Shown: positions 50,722 to 61,416 of the stretch, in pieces | Numbering within the stretch: the stretch's first letter is position 1 | Layout of the letters: every line of letters begins with the position of its first letter | From: Chloropicon primus | Taxonomy: Eukaryota | Direction of reading: 5' to 3' | Length of the DNA stretch: 64,000 nt | Assembly (NCBI GenBank): GCA_023205875.1 | Contig: CP060754.1 | Coordinates: 1,364,001 to 1,428,000, forward strand | The notes under the pieces: generated by a model | The model's database searches: none | Seen by the model: only the letters and a program-made list of their open reading frames with translations | Told to the model about the DNA's origin: nothing | Position numbers and translations under genes: made by a program

Positions 50722-51384
50722 CTACTCGACGATGTCATGATGCTTGAACATCTGCGCCTGTCTTCTGCAATCCTCTGGGGTCCAATCACAGGGCGGATCC
50801 TGGCTTCGAGCCCACTGCAGAACATCAAGGTGACCTCCAATAGCTGCATAAGAACAAGTCCACTTGTTCCAATCACAAGGCGGGTCCTGACTTCGGAGCC
50901 ACTTCAAAACGTGAAGGTGGCCTCCTCGAGCTGCACCAACATAAGTCCTCTCATCAAACCCGCACCCCTCGCTCCTCAACCATTCCAGAACATGAAGGTG
51001 ACCGCCTCCAGCGGCTCCTGCAGCTGCTACCACTCCATGATAATAGCGCCAGATATCCAAAGAGATCCCTTGGCTCACCAACCACTCCATCACCTTCTTG
51101 CTGCCCTGAAAAGCAGCGAGGTACATCAGGTCAGAGTCGTACAAGTGGTCGTAGTATTTTCCAGATCTCCAGTTAGCTCCATTCCACCTCTTGAAAAAGT
51201 GAAACACACACTGGAACCAATCCATGCTGAAGCAAGGCATCTGCTGGAAGAACTTGTCGTCCGTCAGGTCCGTCTTCAGAGCAACCTTCTTCCACTCGGG
51301 GCTCGTCGCCATTGTCACCGCCTCGAGGAACGTCTTGCACGTCAACCCGAAAGCGACCCGGCAAGGGCAACCCCCCGCCCGCAT
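50722..51384 (-). pseudogene. 5'-truncated paralog of the 40.2-41.7 kb ankyrin-repeat gene
   Basis: Clear similarity from 'RVAFGLTCKTFLEAVTMAT' onward; lacks the N-terminus; only ~2 full repeats. Confidence 0.7.
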
Positions 51385-51523
51385 TATGGCACGAGGCTCA
51401 AAGAAAAAACATGTTACACTCTTGGAAATATAGTTGTCGCTTACGAAAAGGGGTGAGACAACAATTTTGATACAACAAGTACACGCGGCGCCGCCTCTGT
51501 CCTCCTCCACGCTTCTCGCTCGC

Positions 51524-52978
51524 TCACTTTTCGAGGAGCTTTTCAAGTTGGTGTGCCACGGTGACGTCCTTCCCCTCCTTCTCAAGCTGGACGACCCTCT
51601 CCGCCGCCAGCAAGAGCTCCCTGTACCCGGCCTGCAAGCCCTCCGGCTGTTCGGGCACCTCGGTCCAAGCCTCGTTGATGACCGGGTCGCCGTAGTCTCC
51701 AGACCCTTCCTCCGAGTTCTCGATGTACCTCCCCAATTTTCTGAACTTGGCATAGCGCTGCAGCCTCACTTCCTCTTCCGTCTTGTCCTTGAACTCGTCC
51801 CAGCTGTGCAGGAGGGCCTGCTTGAGCATCATGAACGCTCCCACGGGGTCGCTGTGCGCCGCGCCCAAGGGCTCCGGAATGACCTCGTCCATGATCCCCA
51901 GGTCCGTGAGGTCCTTCGAGGTGATCCTCAGGGCCTCCGTGGCCTCGCCGGCCTTGTCCCTGGACTTCCACAGGATGGCCGCGCAGGCCTCCGGGCTGGC
52001 CACGTAGTAGACGGCGTGCTCCATGATGAGCATCTTGTTGGCGCAGCCGATGGCAAGGGCCCCCCCGCTTCCTCCCTCTCCGATGACGACGGAGAGGATG
52101 GGGACCCGGAAGCCGAACATCTCCCTCAGGTTCAAGGCGATGGCCTCCCCCTGCCCGAGCTCCTCGGCCTTCTTCCCCGCGTAAGCGCCGGGGGTGTCGA
52201 CGAACGTGATGATCGGGATGCCAAACTTGTCGGCGTGCCTCATGAACCTGAGGGCCTTCCTGTACCCGTTCGGCGTCGGCATGCCAAAGTTCCTGTGAAT
52301 GTTCTCCTTCGTGTTCCTCCCCTTCTGCTGGCCGATGAACATGAAGGTGTGGCCGTCGATGGACCCGATCCCGCAGACCAGGGAGGGGTCGTCGTACCCA
52401 GCCCTGTCCCCGTGGAGCTCCACCCACTTGTCCGTGATGTTCAGCGCGATGTCCAGGAACGTGGGCCGGTTGGGGTGCCGGGCCACCTGGAGCCTCTGCA
52501 TGGGGGTCAGGCGGGAGTACGTCTCGTGCCTCAGCTGGGACGACCTCTGCTCCAGCTCGAGGACCTGCTCGGAGACGTCCACGCCGTTCTCCTCCGCCAC
52601 CTTCTTCACCTCGATGATTCGCTTGTCCAGCTCGAACAGGGGCTTCTCGAACGGCAGGGCGGTCACGTTGTCGCTCTTGTCCTGCACGGGCTTGAACCTC
52701 TTCAGGAAGGACTGGAACCACTCCACCCTCTTGCCCTCCTGACCGATCGGCCTCCCCGTCTGGCCCGACATGTCCACCATGTTCTCGTCCACCGAGTCAC
52801 GCTCGTTCCCGGACTCCTTGGCCCTCAACGGCGGCACCGCCACCGCCTTGCCCGCGCGCTTCCCCCCTCCCCTCCTCCTCGACGGCGCCAACCTCCCCGC
52901 TCCCCTCCTCGCGCAACCAACCACCGCGCGAGACGACCTCACCGCCCTCCTGCCGCTCACTCCAGCTCTGCCTGCCAT
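51524..52978 (-). CDS. accA: Plastid acetyl-CoA carboxylase carboxyltransferase alpha subunit
   Basis: Transit peptide; 'LPFEKP', 'ARHPNRP', 'ELHGDR', 'DTPGAYAG', 'GEGGSGGALA', 'YYVASPEACAAILW'. Confidence 0.95.
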   Translation of the reverse strand: MAGRAGVSGRRAVRSSRAVVGCARRGAGRLAPSRRRGGGKRAGKAVAVPPLRAKESGNERDSVDENMVDMSGQTGRPIGQEGKRVEWFQSFLKRFKPVQDKSDNVTALPFEKPLFELDKRIIEVKKVAEENGVDVSEQVLELEQRSSQLRHETYSRLTPMQRLQVARHPNRPTFLDIALNITDKWVELHGDRAGYDDPSLVCGIGSIDGHTFMFIGQQKGRNTKENIHRNFGMPTPNGYRKALRFMRHADKFGIPIITFVDTPGAYAGKKAEELGQGEAIALNLREMFGFRVPILSVVIGEGGSGGALAIGCANKMLIMEHAVYYVASPEACAAILWKSRDKAGEATEALRITSKDLTDLGIMDEVIPEPLGAAHSDPVGAFMMLKQALLHSWDEFKDKTEEEVRLQRYAKFRKLGRYIENSEEGSGDYGDPVINEAWTEVPEQPEGLQAGYRELLLAAERVVQLEKEGKDVTVAHQLEKLLEK

Positions 52979-53464
52979 GACGAACCGCACACTCCTCTCT
53001 CTCTCTGTCTTTCTGTCTCCAGGGAACGCCTCGCGTCGAGCGACCGGTCGTTGGAAAGCTCGCGAGAAGCTCTACAGACGCGTCACGACCTCCACCGCCC
53101 TTTCCCGTCCACGCGAACTCGCTTGCCTCTGCGGAGAGGAACGCAGGCATGGGAACATGGATAAAAAGGAGGGAAAACAAGTCGATTTAGTCCTCGTCAC
53201 GACGGATTTCGGAACCAAATCCTTCGAGAAAGGGGTCTTTCGAAAGAGGAGGAGAAGTGGAATCGAACTACATCGCCCTTTTCGAGAGCCGCGACCCACG
53301 GAGGGACCACGCTCGCGCCGAACTCACCTCTCGTCGTCTCCACCGTCCGCTTCCCCTTCGCAGGTTTTGTGTAGGTTTTCTACAGGGGAAACTGCGGGGA
53401 AAACGTTTTAAACTCTCTCACCGAACACAATCTTATCCAAGTCGGGAAACGAGTGTAATAAAAA

Positions 53465-53525
53465 TTGGCGGGAGAATGCAGAAAATCGGTGAAAAAAATT
53501 CAGTTTTCGCGCGGTTTTTTGGCGC
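53465..53525. promoter_or_regulatory. Cluster of E2F-like sites upstream of MCM4
   Basis: TTGGCGGGA (53465), TTTTCGCGC (53504), TTTTGGCGC (53517), about 170-230 bp upstream of the MCM4 ATG. Confidence 0.6.
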
Positions 53526-53694
53526 AGAGGAGAGAAGGGAAGAGGAAAGAGGTCTCGGGCGCACGAGACGGAGAGAGAGAGAGAGGGAGAGGGAGGGTTT
53601 CATACGTTCGCTCCTCTTTCTGTCTTTTGTTTTTGTTATTTTCTGGCTTAGCTAGCAGCGTCACTCTTCTGTCGTCGTCGTCGTCGTCGTCAAT

Positions 53695-56583
53695 ATGTCG
53701 GACTCGAACGCAGGAAACCAGACGCCTCGCACGCCGAGGTCGGTGACGGAGAACGACAATGTGGTGGAAGGGACGCCGGTGCAGCAGCAGGCGTTGGGTC
53801 GCACTCCCGCGGCGGCTGCGTCCGTGGGGAGGGAGAGGCGGCACAGGGACGGTGGCGGGAGGACGCCGAGGTCGAGGTCGAGGTCCGTGTCGAGGTCCAT
53901 GGACTTGAGCGGGTTTCCCCTGACCCCGGTGAACAACAACGGCACGAGCGCCGGGACGAACCCCGTCTTGTCGGGCCGTTCCCCCGGCGGCACCCCCTCC
54001 GGTCTGCTGAACACGCCGATGAGGAGCGACATGGGCCACAACCACTCCGGCCAGAGGGCGAGCCCGATCCTGTTCAGGAGGAGGCCCAGGGGGGAGAGGG
54101 ACGCGACCACTCCCGGATCTGTGTACACCCCGGTGAACAACAGGATCGGGGGGATGGCCGCGAACAACTCCCAGTCGAACAGCTTGCTCCGCACGCCCTC
54201 CGTTTCCAGCGGGAGCCTGCAGAGGGAGGAGCAGGGCCTTTTGATGGAGGACCCTGAGACCACCTTCGTGTGGGGAACGAACGTGAACGTCGCCGAGGCG
54301 CAGTCGAGGTTCAGGAGGTTCCTGGCCCACTTCCAGGGCGCGAGGGCCAGGCCCGCCGTCAGGACCTACATGTCCGGCCAGCAGCAGCAGGGGGACACGA
54401 ACTCCTTGGACAGCATGGACCTCGGGGTGGAGGCCGACCTCGAGGGGCCAAAGTACCCCTCGCTGATCTTGGACACCATCAGGAGAGGGGAGTCCAGCAT
54501 CGACTTGGATTGCCTGGACCTGCACTCGTACGACGAGGAGCTGTACTCCCAGCTCATCTCCTACCCGCAGGAGATCGTCCCCCTGTTCGACATCGTGATG
54601 AACGAGGTGGCGGCCGGGCTCGTGCAGCAGGATGAGGGCATGAGGCAGCAGTACTCTGGCGCCAACGCCACGGACGAGGCGGGCAACCTCGCCTTCAGGC
54701 TCCAGGTCAGGACCTTCAACCTGAGGGAGGTCAAGACGATGAGGGGCTTGGACCCGACCGACGTGGACCACCTGGTCTCCGTGAAGGGCATGGTCACCCA
54801 CGTGTCCTCCATCCTGCCGGATCTCAAGCAGGCCTGCTTCAAGTGCTCCGTTTGCGGCCACACCCCCGAGCCCGTCTACATTGACAGGGGAAACATCCAG
54901 GAGCCCCAGAAGTGCCAGGTGTGCAACTCCTTGAACTCGATGATCTTGCTGCACAACAGGTGCCTCTTCTCGAACAAGCAGCAGGTGAAGATGCAGGAGA
55001 CCCCAGACACCGTCCCGGAGGGCGAGACCCCGTCGACGATGGCGACCTACGTCTTCGACGACCACGTCGACGCCATCAAGCCCGGAGACCGCGTCACGGT
55101 CACCGGCATCTTCCGCGCTCTCCCCGTGAGGATCGCTTCCAGGCAGAGAAACTTGAGGTCGGTCTTCAAGACGTACATTGACGTCATCCACGTGGAGAAG
55201 GACGACCCCAACGACACCGCGTCTTTCCTGCAGAGCAAGATCAGCAGGGAGGCCGCTGGCACAGTCTCGGAGGCGGACGAGGACGACACCGTGGTGAAGT
55301 ACACCGAGCAGGAGGAGCAGGCCTTCAAGGAGATCGCCCAGAGCCCGGACATCTACGCGAGGTTGGTAAAGAGCCTCGCCCCTTCGATCTGGGAGCTCGA
55401 TGACGTGAAGCGGGGCATCCTTTGCCAGCTCTTCAGCGGAACGAGAAAGGGCCTGCAGACCGGAGAGAGGCTGAGGTCAGAGGTGAACGTCCTCCTTTGC
55501 GGTGACCCTGGTACGTCCAAGTCCCAGCTCATGTCTTACGTCCACAAGCTGTCTCCTCGCGGAATCTACACTTCCGGAAGGGGATCCTCGTCCGTCGGTC
55601 TCACGGCCTACGTCGCGAGGGACCCAGAGACGAGGGAGCTGGTCCTCGAGTCCGGTGCCCTGGTCCTCTCTGATTTGGGTGTCTGCTGCATTGATGAGTT
55701 CGACAAGATGTCCGATGACGCCAGAAATGCCCTCCATGAGGCGATGGAGCAGCAGACCGTGTCCCTCGCGAAGGCCGGGATCATCTGCACCCTTAACGCC
55801 AGGACTAGCGTGTTGGCCAGCGCCAACCCTGCGGGGTCGAGGTACAACCCGGGGCAAAGCGTCGTGGAGAACCTTCGTTTGCCCTCCACCTTGCTCTCAA
55901 GGTTTGACCTGATCTTCTTGATTCTCGACAAGCCCGACTTGGCCTCTGACAGGCAGCTTGCCCGCCACCTGGTCTCTCTTCACAACCCTGCTGGGGAGCA
56001 GGACACGAGAACGAACGACGACATCATCTCATTGGACATGCTGCGCTCCTACATACTGTACGCTCAGCAAATGTGCAAGCCAAAGATCTCAGATGACGCG
56101 GCGGAGGCTCTGGTGAACTACTACGTCGAGATGAGAAGGATGGGCACCTCCGCCGCTGGAAGCAAGGTGATCACGTCGACGCCCCGACAGCTCGAGTCCC
56201 TCGTGAGACTGAGCGAGGCCCTCGCCAAGATGAAGCTCTCCAAGACTGTCGAGGTTGCTGACGTGGATGAGGCTGCGAGGCTCGTGAAGGTTGCCTTGCA
56301 GCAGAGTGCGACCGACCCGAGGACGGGTACCATAGACATGGACCTCATCCAGACGGGTGTTTCTTCGAGCCTCAGGCAGATGAGGTACAAGCTCGAGCAG
56401 GACATCCGCGGAGTTCTCTCCAAGGCTTCCGGGAGAACCATGTCGTCATCTGTTCTCCTGCAAGACTTGAAGGAGACCTTGCAGTCCCAGGCCCCCTCCG
56501 TCAACGAGCTCTGGGAGGTGCTGCAGCAGATGTCCGACAGCGGGCGGCTCAACATCAGAGGAGACCAGCTCGCACTGGCTTGA
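53695..56583 (+). CDS. MCM4: DNA replication licensing factor MCM4
   Basis: S/T-P-rich N-terminus; 'VWGTNV', 'YPQEIVP', Zn finger, 'GDPGTSKSQL', 'IDEFDKM', 'LLSRFDL', 'ATDPRTGTIDMDLI'. Confidence 0.96.
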   Translation: MSDSNAGNQTPRTPRSVTENDNVVEGTPVQQQALGRTPAAAASVGRERRHRDGGGRTPRSRSRSVSRSMDLSGFPLTPVNNNGTSAGTNPVLSGRSPGGTPSGLLNTPMRSDMGHNHSGQRASPILFRRRPRGERDATTPGSVYTPVNNRIGGMAANNSQSNSLLRTPSVSSGSLQREEQGLLMEDPETTFVWGTNVNVAEAQSRFRRFLAHFQGARARPAVRTYMSGQQQQGDTNSLDSMDLGVEADLEGPKYPSLILDTIRRGESSIDLDCLDLHSYDEELYSQLISYPQEIVPLFDIVMNEVAAGLVQQDEGMRQQYSGANATDEAGNLAFRLQVRTFNLREVKTMRGLDPTDVDHLVSVKGMVTHVSSILPDLKQACFKCSVCGHTPEPVYIDRGNIQEPQKCQVCNSLNSMILLHNRCLFSNKQQVKMQETPDTVPEGETPSTMATYVFDDHVDAIKPGDRVTVTGIFRALPVRIASRQRNLRSVFKTYIDVIHVEKDDPNDTASFLQSKISREAAGTVSEADEDDTVVKYTEQEEQAFKEIAQSPDIYARLVKSLAPSIWELDDVKRGILCQLFSGTRKGLQTGERLRSEVNVLLCGDPGTSKSQLMSYVHKLSPRGIYTSGRGSSSVGLTAYVARDPETRELVLESGALVLSDLGVCCIDEFDKMSDDARNALHEAMEQQTVSLAKAGIICTLNARTSVLASANPAGSRYNPGQSVVENLRLPSTLLSRFDLIFLILDKPDLASDRQLARHLVSLHNPAGEQDTRTNDDIISLDMLRSYILYAQQMCKPKISDDAAEALVNYYVEMRRMGTSAAGSKVITSTPRQLESLVRLSEALAKMKLSKTVEVADVDEAARLVKVALQQSATDPRTGTIDMDLIQTGVSSSLRQMRYKLEQDIRGVLSKASGRTMSSSVLLQDLKETLQSQAPSVNELWEVLQQMSDSGRLNIRGDQLALA

Positions 56584-56804
56584 AGTCTTTGCTTTTTAAG
56601 ATACCAATTTCGTTTGTAACTGAAGGTGACCCTTATACTAAACCCAGTTGTCGACTCCATATAGAAAACAGAGGGCGCAGGCTGTGGTCTGTCTGTGTGT
56701 TGCGTGTGTGTGGTGTTGGGGGGGGAGGGGGGAAGGGGGGCGCGAGCGAGAGCTAAAAAAATCTATTGTCCAAATTACTTATATTACTGAAAGGATTACT
56801 CCAT

Positions 56805-57364
56805 CTAGCACTTGACCTCTCTGAGAGCATCCTTGAAGTAAACGAAGGTAGGAGCAGCGGCTCCGTCCTTGTAGTAAGCGAAAACCATGGTGGCGTCGGG
56901 GTCCATGGATGGTCCGGTGAAAACCTGAAGCTCCTTGCACATGCCGACGAGCTTCTTGACTCCGGTCTGCACTCTCTTCTTGAAGGCGTCCTTCTCGTCC
57001 TCCTCGATGTGCTCCATGACGGATCCGATCCAACCCTTGAAGTAGGACATGAGGTCCTTCTTTCCGTACTCTCCCTGCTCGACGAGCTCGAAAGCATCAA
57101 TAATATCGACGACCTTCTGCTCGTTCGAGTCGAATCCCCCCTCGTCTCCACCCTCAGCGGAAGGGTTGGCTCCGGTATCGATCTCGACCTCGCCCTTGAC
57201 GGTCCAAGAGCCCTGGACCTCGAGGAAGCATCCGTCGGTGGTCACCTCGCTAGGGTAGGAATCGGAGCAAAGCTCATCTCCTGCAGAGCGTGGAATGAAT
57301 GGAAGAACAAACATCAACAACAACAACAACAACAAACAACATTTGGAAAAACAGTCAGACCAGA

Positions 57365-57412
<48 letters not shown>

Positions 57413-57649
57413 TGGAAGAAAAAACAAGAGATGTCGAGGGCGAGGAACCTTCCGACTCGGAAGAATCCACCCCCCACTCGACCTTCTTCCCCCTTTTGGG
57501 GGTCTCCGGATGACCCCCCCCCCCAAAAAAAAAAACCAAAACCAATGTCTCGCTGTAGTCGTGTGTCTGTGCGTTCCTTTTGTTTTGTTTTTCGAGCGTT
57601 ACAGCGCGTGTTGTAACTTACCGGACAACTTGTCTTCGTACACAAGCAT
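56805..57649 (-). CDS. TCTP: Translationally controlled tumour protein; exons 57622-57649 and 56805-57280
   Basis: 'MLVYEDKLS|GDELCSDSY', 'GANPSAEG', 'FKDALREVKC'; GTAAGT...CAG intron. Confidence 0.93.
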
Positions 57650-57798
57650 GTTGTGTTATGTGTTGTGGTTGTGGGTTTGGGTCTTGGGTTGTGTGGGGTG
57701 TTTGGGTGGAGGACCGGCTGGCGTTGGTTTTTCTGATTTGGCGGCGCCGAGGGGAAAAGTCTGGAGGAAATGTTGAACCCGTGGAAAGATTCAATCCT

Positions 57799-58285
57799 AT
57801 TTCCAACAGGACAGACGAACAGACAACACGACGACGAGGAGAGAGGGGAGAGAGTGTGTGTTGAGGTGCAGAAGGGGAGAGGAGGAGGAGGAGGAGGAGG
57901 AGAGGGGTTCAGGTTTGGTCGTTCATCTGCCGAGCGTTCTCAAAGTACCCGGCATTTCCAACAAAACAACACACAGGACAGACGAACAGACAACACGACG
58001 ACGAGGAGAGAGGGGAGAGAGTGTGTGTTGAGGTGCAGAAGGGGAGAGGAGGAGGAGGAGGAGGAGGAGAGGGGTTCAGGTTTGGTCGTTCATCTGCCGA
58101 GCGTTCTCAAAGTACCCGGCATTTCCAACAAAACAACACACAGGACAGACGAGCAGGAGGGCAGGAGGGCAGGAGGGCAGGAGAAGAGAGAGTGTGAGGT
58201 GCAGAAGGGAGAGGAGGAGGAGGAGGAGGAGGAGAGGGGTTCAGGTTTGGTCGTTCATCTGCCGAGCGTTCTTAAAGTACCCGGC
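57799..58285. repeat. Three tandem ~160-bp units between the divergent TCTP and Lsm11-like genes
   Basis: Conserved core GGGGTTCAGGTTTGGTCGTTCATCTGCCGAGCGTTCTyAAAGTACCCGGC three times, with GGA-rich spacers. Confidence 0.9.
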
Positions 58286-58589
58286 GTTGGGTTGGTTTGG
58301 GTTGGTTTGAGTTGGTTACGAGAGACTTGAGGAGGACCACAAACAGAGAGAGAGAGAGAGAGAGGAGGAGGATTGGTTCGAGCAGAGAGAACCAAACGGA
58401 TTCGAGTCCTTTCCTTTCGCTCAGTTGATCTCTGTATCGACCGATCGATCGATCTCTCCCTCCCTCTGCTTGGCGGGTGGCGTGACGTAGACGCCGCCAG
58501 CACGATGGCGTGCTCGAGGGGCGCTTGACTCTCTCTGACTCTCCAGGAGGGGGGGGGGTTATCGGGCGTCCTCGAGGATATAGGAAGGT

Positions 58590-59051
58590 ATGGAGGAAAG
58601 GAGTGAGGCTGGTGGATCGTCGTCTCGGTCATCACCGCGCGACCAGAGGGCTGACAAGTGCCTGGACTTGTTCTTCGGGTCGAAGGCCGGGGCCCTTGGG
58701 CCCTTGGGCGTCCTCGAGAAGGCGATGCGAACGGGGCAGAAGGTCATGGTCGTGACGAGGCACAAGTCCGGGATAAGGGGCGTGTGCTTGGGCCTCGTCG
58801 CTGCTTTCGACAAGCACTTCAACCTCGTCCTGCGCGACGTGGACGAGAGGTACACCGTTCTGCACAAGGTCGCCCCGGAGGGGGAGAAGGAGACCGACAG
58901 GTGGAAGAAAAAGCTAAAGTACTACAGGAGGCACGTGCCGCAAATGCTCCTCCGGGGGGAGGGCATCGTGCTCGTGAGCTTGGGAGGCGAGAACGCTGGC
59001 GCCAAGTACTTTTCTCGAGCAGAAACGCAAATGGAGCAAGCGCAAAAGTAA
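58590..59051 (+). CDS. Sm-like protein, Lsm11 (U7 snRNP)-like
   Basis: 'GPLGVL', Sm1 'GIRGVCLGLVAAFDKHFNLVLRDVDERY', insert, Sm2 'RHVPQMLLRGEGIVLV'. Confidence 0.7.
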   Translation: MEERSEAGGSSSRSSPRDQRADKCLDLFFGSKAGALGPLGVLEKAMRTGQKVMVVTRHKSGIRGVCLGLVAAFDKHFNLVLRDVDERYTVLHKVAPEGEKETDRWKKKLKYYRRHVPQMLLRGEGIVLVSLGGENAGAKYFSRAETQMEQAQK

Positions 59052-59192
59052 CATTACACGTTTCAGGATCAAAATGACTCTCTTGGTTCTTGCGATTTTC
59101 AAATTGTGCGATGCTCTGTCCGGTCCGCAATGTCACCGTCGCCCTCATCCTTCCTTTCTTTCGAGGCTTGTTCGGAGACGACGAGTCCTACC

Positions 59193-60581
59193 CTAGGCGT
59201 ACTCCTTCCTCTGGTGGTTCCTATTGTGTCCTCCTCTGTACCCGCTGTTGTTGTTGTTGTTGTTGTGGTACCCGCCGTGACCCCCTCTTCCTCCTCCTCT
59301 TCCTCCTCCTCTCCCGCCTCTGTAGCCTCCTCCTCTCCCGCCTCTGTAGCCTCCTCTGTTCCCTTGACCCTGCTGCCTGTGCATGGACCTCTGGGCCGCC
59401 GCCGCGTTCATTCCGAAAGTCTCTCCATCGATTCTCCTCTGAAGCCTGAAATCCGGTCGCTCCTTTCCAGTGTTCGTGTCGCTGCTCATGCTGTCAAAAA
59501 AGTCGTCCTTATCGTACGTCGCGACCTCCACCTGCTCCTTCTGGTAGAGCTCCTCCTTCTTGAACTTGGCAAACATCTTGTTGAAGTCAAAGTCCTCGTT
59601 CGGAATGGTGACGTCCGCCGCGGGGTGGCCACGGCCCTGGTGGTGGTGGCCACGGTACCCTCCCCTGTCTCGCCTCTCGCCTCCCCTCTGGTGGTGCTGG
59701 TGCTGGTGCTGGTGCTGGTGCTGGTGCTGGTGCTGGTGGTGCCCGTTGCCGTGGCTCCTGCCTTGTTGGGAGACAGGGATCCCGAGCTGGTTAGCAGCGT
59801 TCTTACCCGTCCAAGCAACCTTGGAGGACGAGGAATGCGAGGAGGACTTCGCGTTGCTCCCACCTGCCCTCTTGTCGCTGCTGCCGCTTCTGTCCCTCTG
59901 GCCACCTCTGGCCTTTACCTGGACCGTCGCCGCGGCCTTGGGCGGGAGGATATCCCCGGGAAGCTTCGCGGCCGCGCTGTCTGGCATCTGAGGGATTGAG
60001 GCTGGCGCCTGAGGCCCACCAGCCTGGTCAGCCTGGGGCATCCCAGACCGCTGCTGTTGCTGATTGACATTTTGAAGCACCTGAAGGTCCTTGATATCCT
60101 GTCCCTTGAAGATGATAAAGTCGAAGGTCTCCTCCGACGGTTTCACCTCAGGCTCGTCCACGTTTCTGTCAGGAGAGAGCGTGAGCGCGAGCGCGTCAGA
60201 ACCGAAAAAAAAAACCAAAACCAAAACGAAGACGAAGACGAAGACGAAGAAGACGACGTAAACCGCCGCGAGACGAACGATCGATCGATCGCCCGGCTCA
60301 CCCGATCCCCTCTCCCACCTCTCGGCGGTTGGTCGGGACCCACGACACTGACCACGCGCGCGCTTCACCGAAGTGAATCCACGGCGGAAGGCAATACACC
60401 CATGAGAGAGTGGGTCAAAAAGCAAAATCAAACCTCACCTTCCTTCGGTACCAAAACTCCTAACACTTTTGAGCGCCAAGGTCTTCCCCTCCACGTCGAT
60501 GGTGTACAGCGTCCCCTCATAACGTATGTTCGTGAGGGATATGAGCGATATGTGCGAACCCAAGTAAGGCAACCCGTCCAT
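59193..60581 (-). CDS. DCP5: LSM14/DCP5 (Scd6) mRNA decapping activator; exons 60439-60581 and 59193-60165
   Basis: '[17 protein letters not shown]', 'SFGTEGR', '[11 protein letters not shown]', FDF, FFD and TFG boxes, RGG tail. Confidence 0.92.
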
Positions 60582-61416
60582 TGCCAACACACACTCTCCT
60601 CTCTCTCTCTCTCTCTCTCGCTTCTCTTCGCTTCGCTTCTCTCCGCGTCGCGCGCCTCGTGCTGCTCTCTTCTGCTTCTTAACTCTCCGCCGGCGAGGAG
60701 AGAGACCCGGAACGAGTGTAAACTAATGTTCTCCACGTGACGTTATTTTTCCAAGGGAGGTCCATCCGGTTTCCCATCCGTTGACGCGCCGTGTTGGTTT
60801 TGTTTAAGGAAATACGATGGAGACGTTGAGCACGAGGTCTTTGGAGGTGTTCGAGTTTGGGTTGAGACAGAAGGAGAAGGAGACCGCGGACGAAGAGGAC
60901 GAGGTGACGACGGAGAGAGGAGAGAGGAGACCGGCACACATCACCTGTGTTACCTTGGAAAGCGGGTTTGGTTTTTTTTGGGGGGGGGGAAGGCTTGGAC
61001 AAGAGGAGGGACGTGCTTGAAGGTTTTTGGCTTGGGTTCTCCTTGCTGGACAGGTTGACTCAAAGGTGTTCTCCTGGTGCTCCCAAGCTCTTGGACCTGA
61101 CCTTTTTGTGTGTTGGCTTGGCTTGGCTTGGCAGAGAAGGGAGTGAGCCAAAGAAGGAGGAGGAGAGGAGGGGACACTTGACCTTTTGACTTGTTCTCCT
61201 TGCTGGACAAAGCTTGACGGCTTGGTTTGGTTTGGCTTGGTTCGCCTAGGCCCAGGCTGAAGCGGGTGGTGGAGAAACGAACAGTAGAAAGGAGGTTGAG
61301 AGGTCGAGTTTGTGACGTTGAGGGGCGGGACGGCATGCAGCAGAGGGGGTGAAGGACTCGAGAAGACAGAGACGGCAGCCAGAAGAGCCTAGCCCAGCGT
61401 TAGCTCGTAGAGCAAG

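Noticed and set aside
57361..57410. (GA)n, (CGT)n, (GAA)n and similar microsatellites throughout the window
   Set aside because: Ubiquitous background feature of introns and UTRs in this genome
61035..61215. TTCTCCTTGCTGGACA repeated twice and similar to 13222-13239 in the Fanzor left region
   Set aside because: Short match only, so a relationship cannot be supported without a genome-wide search
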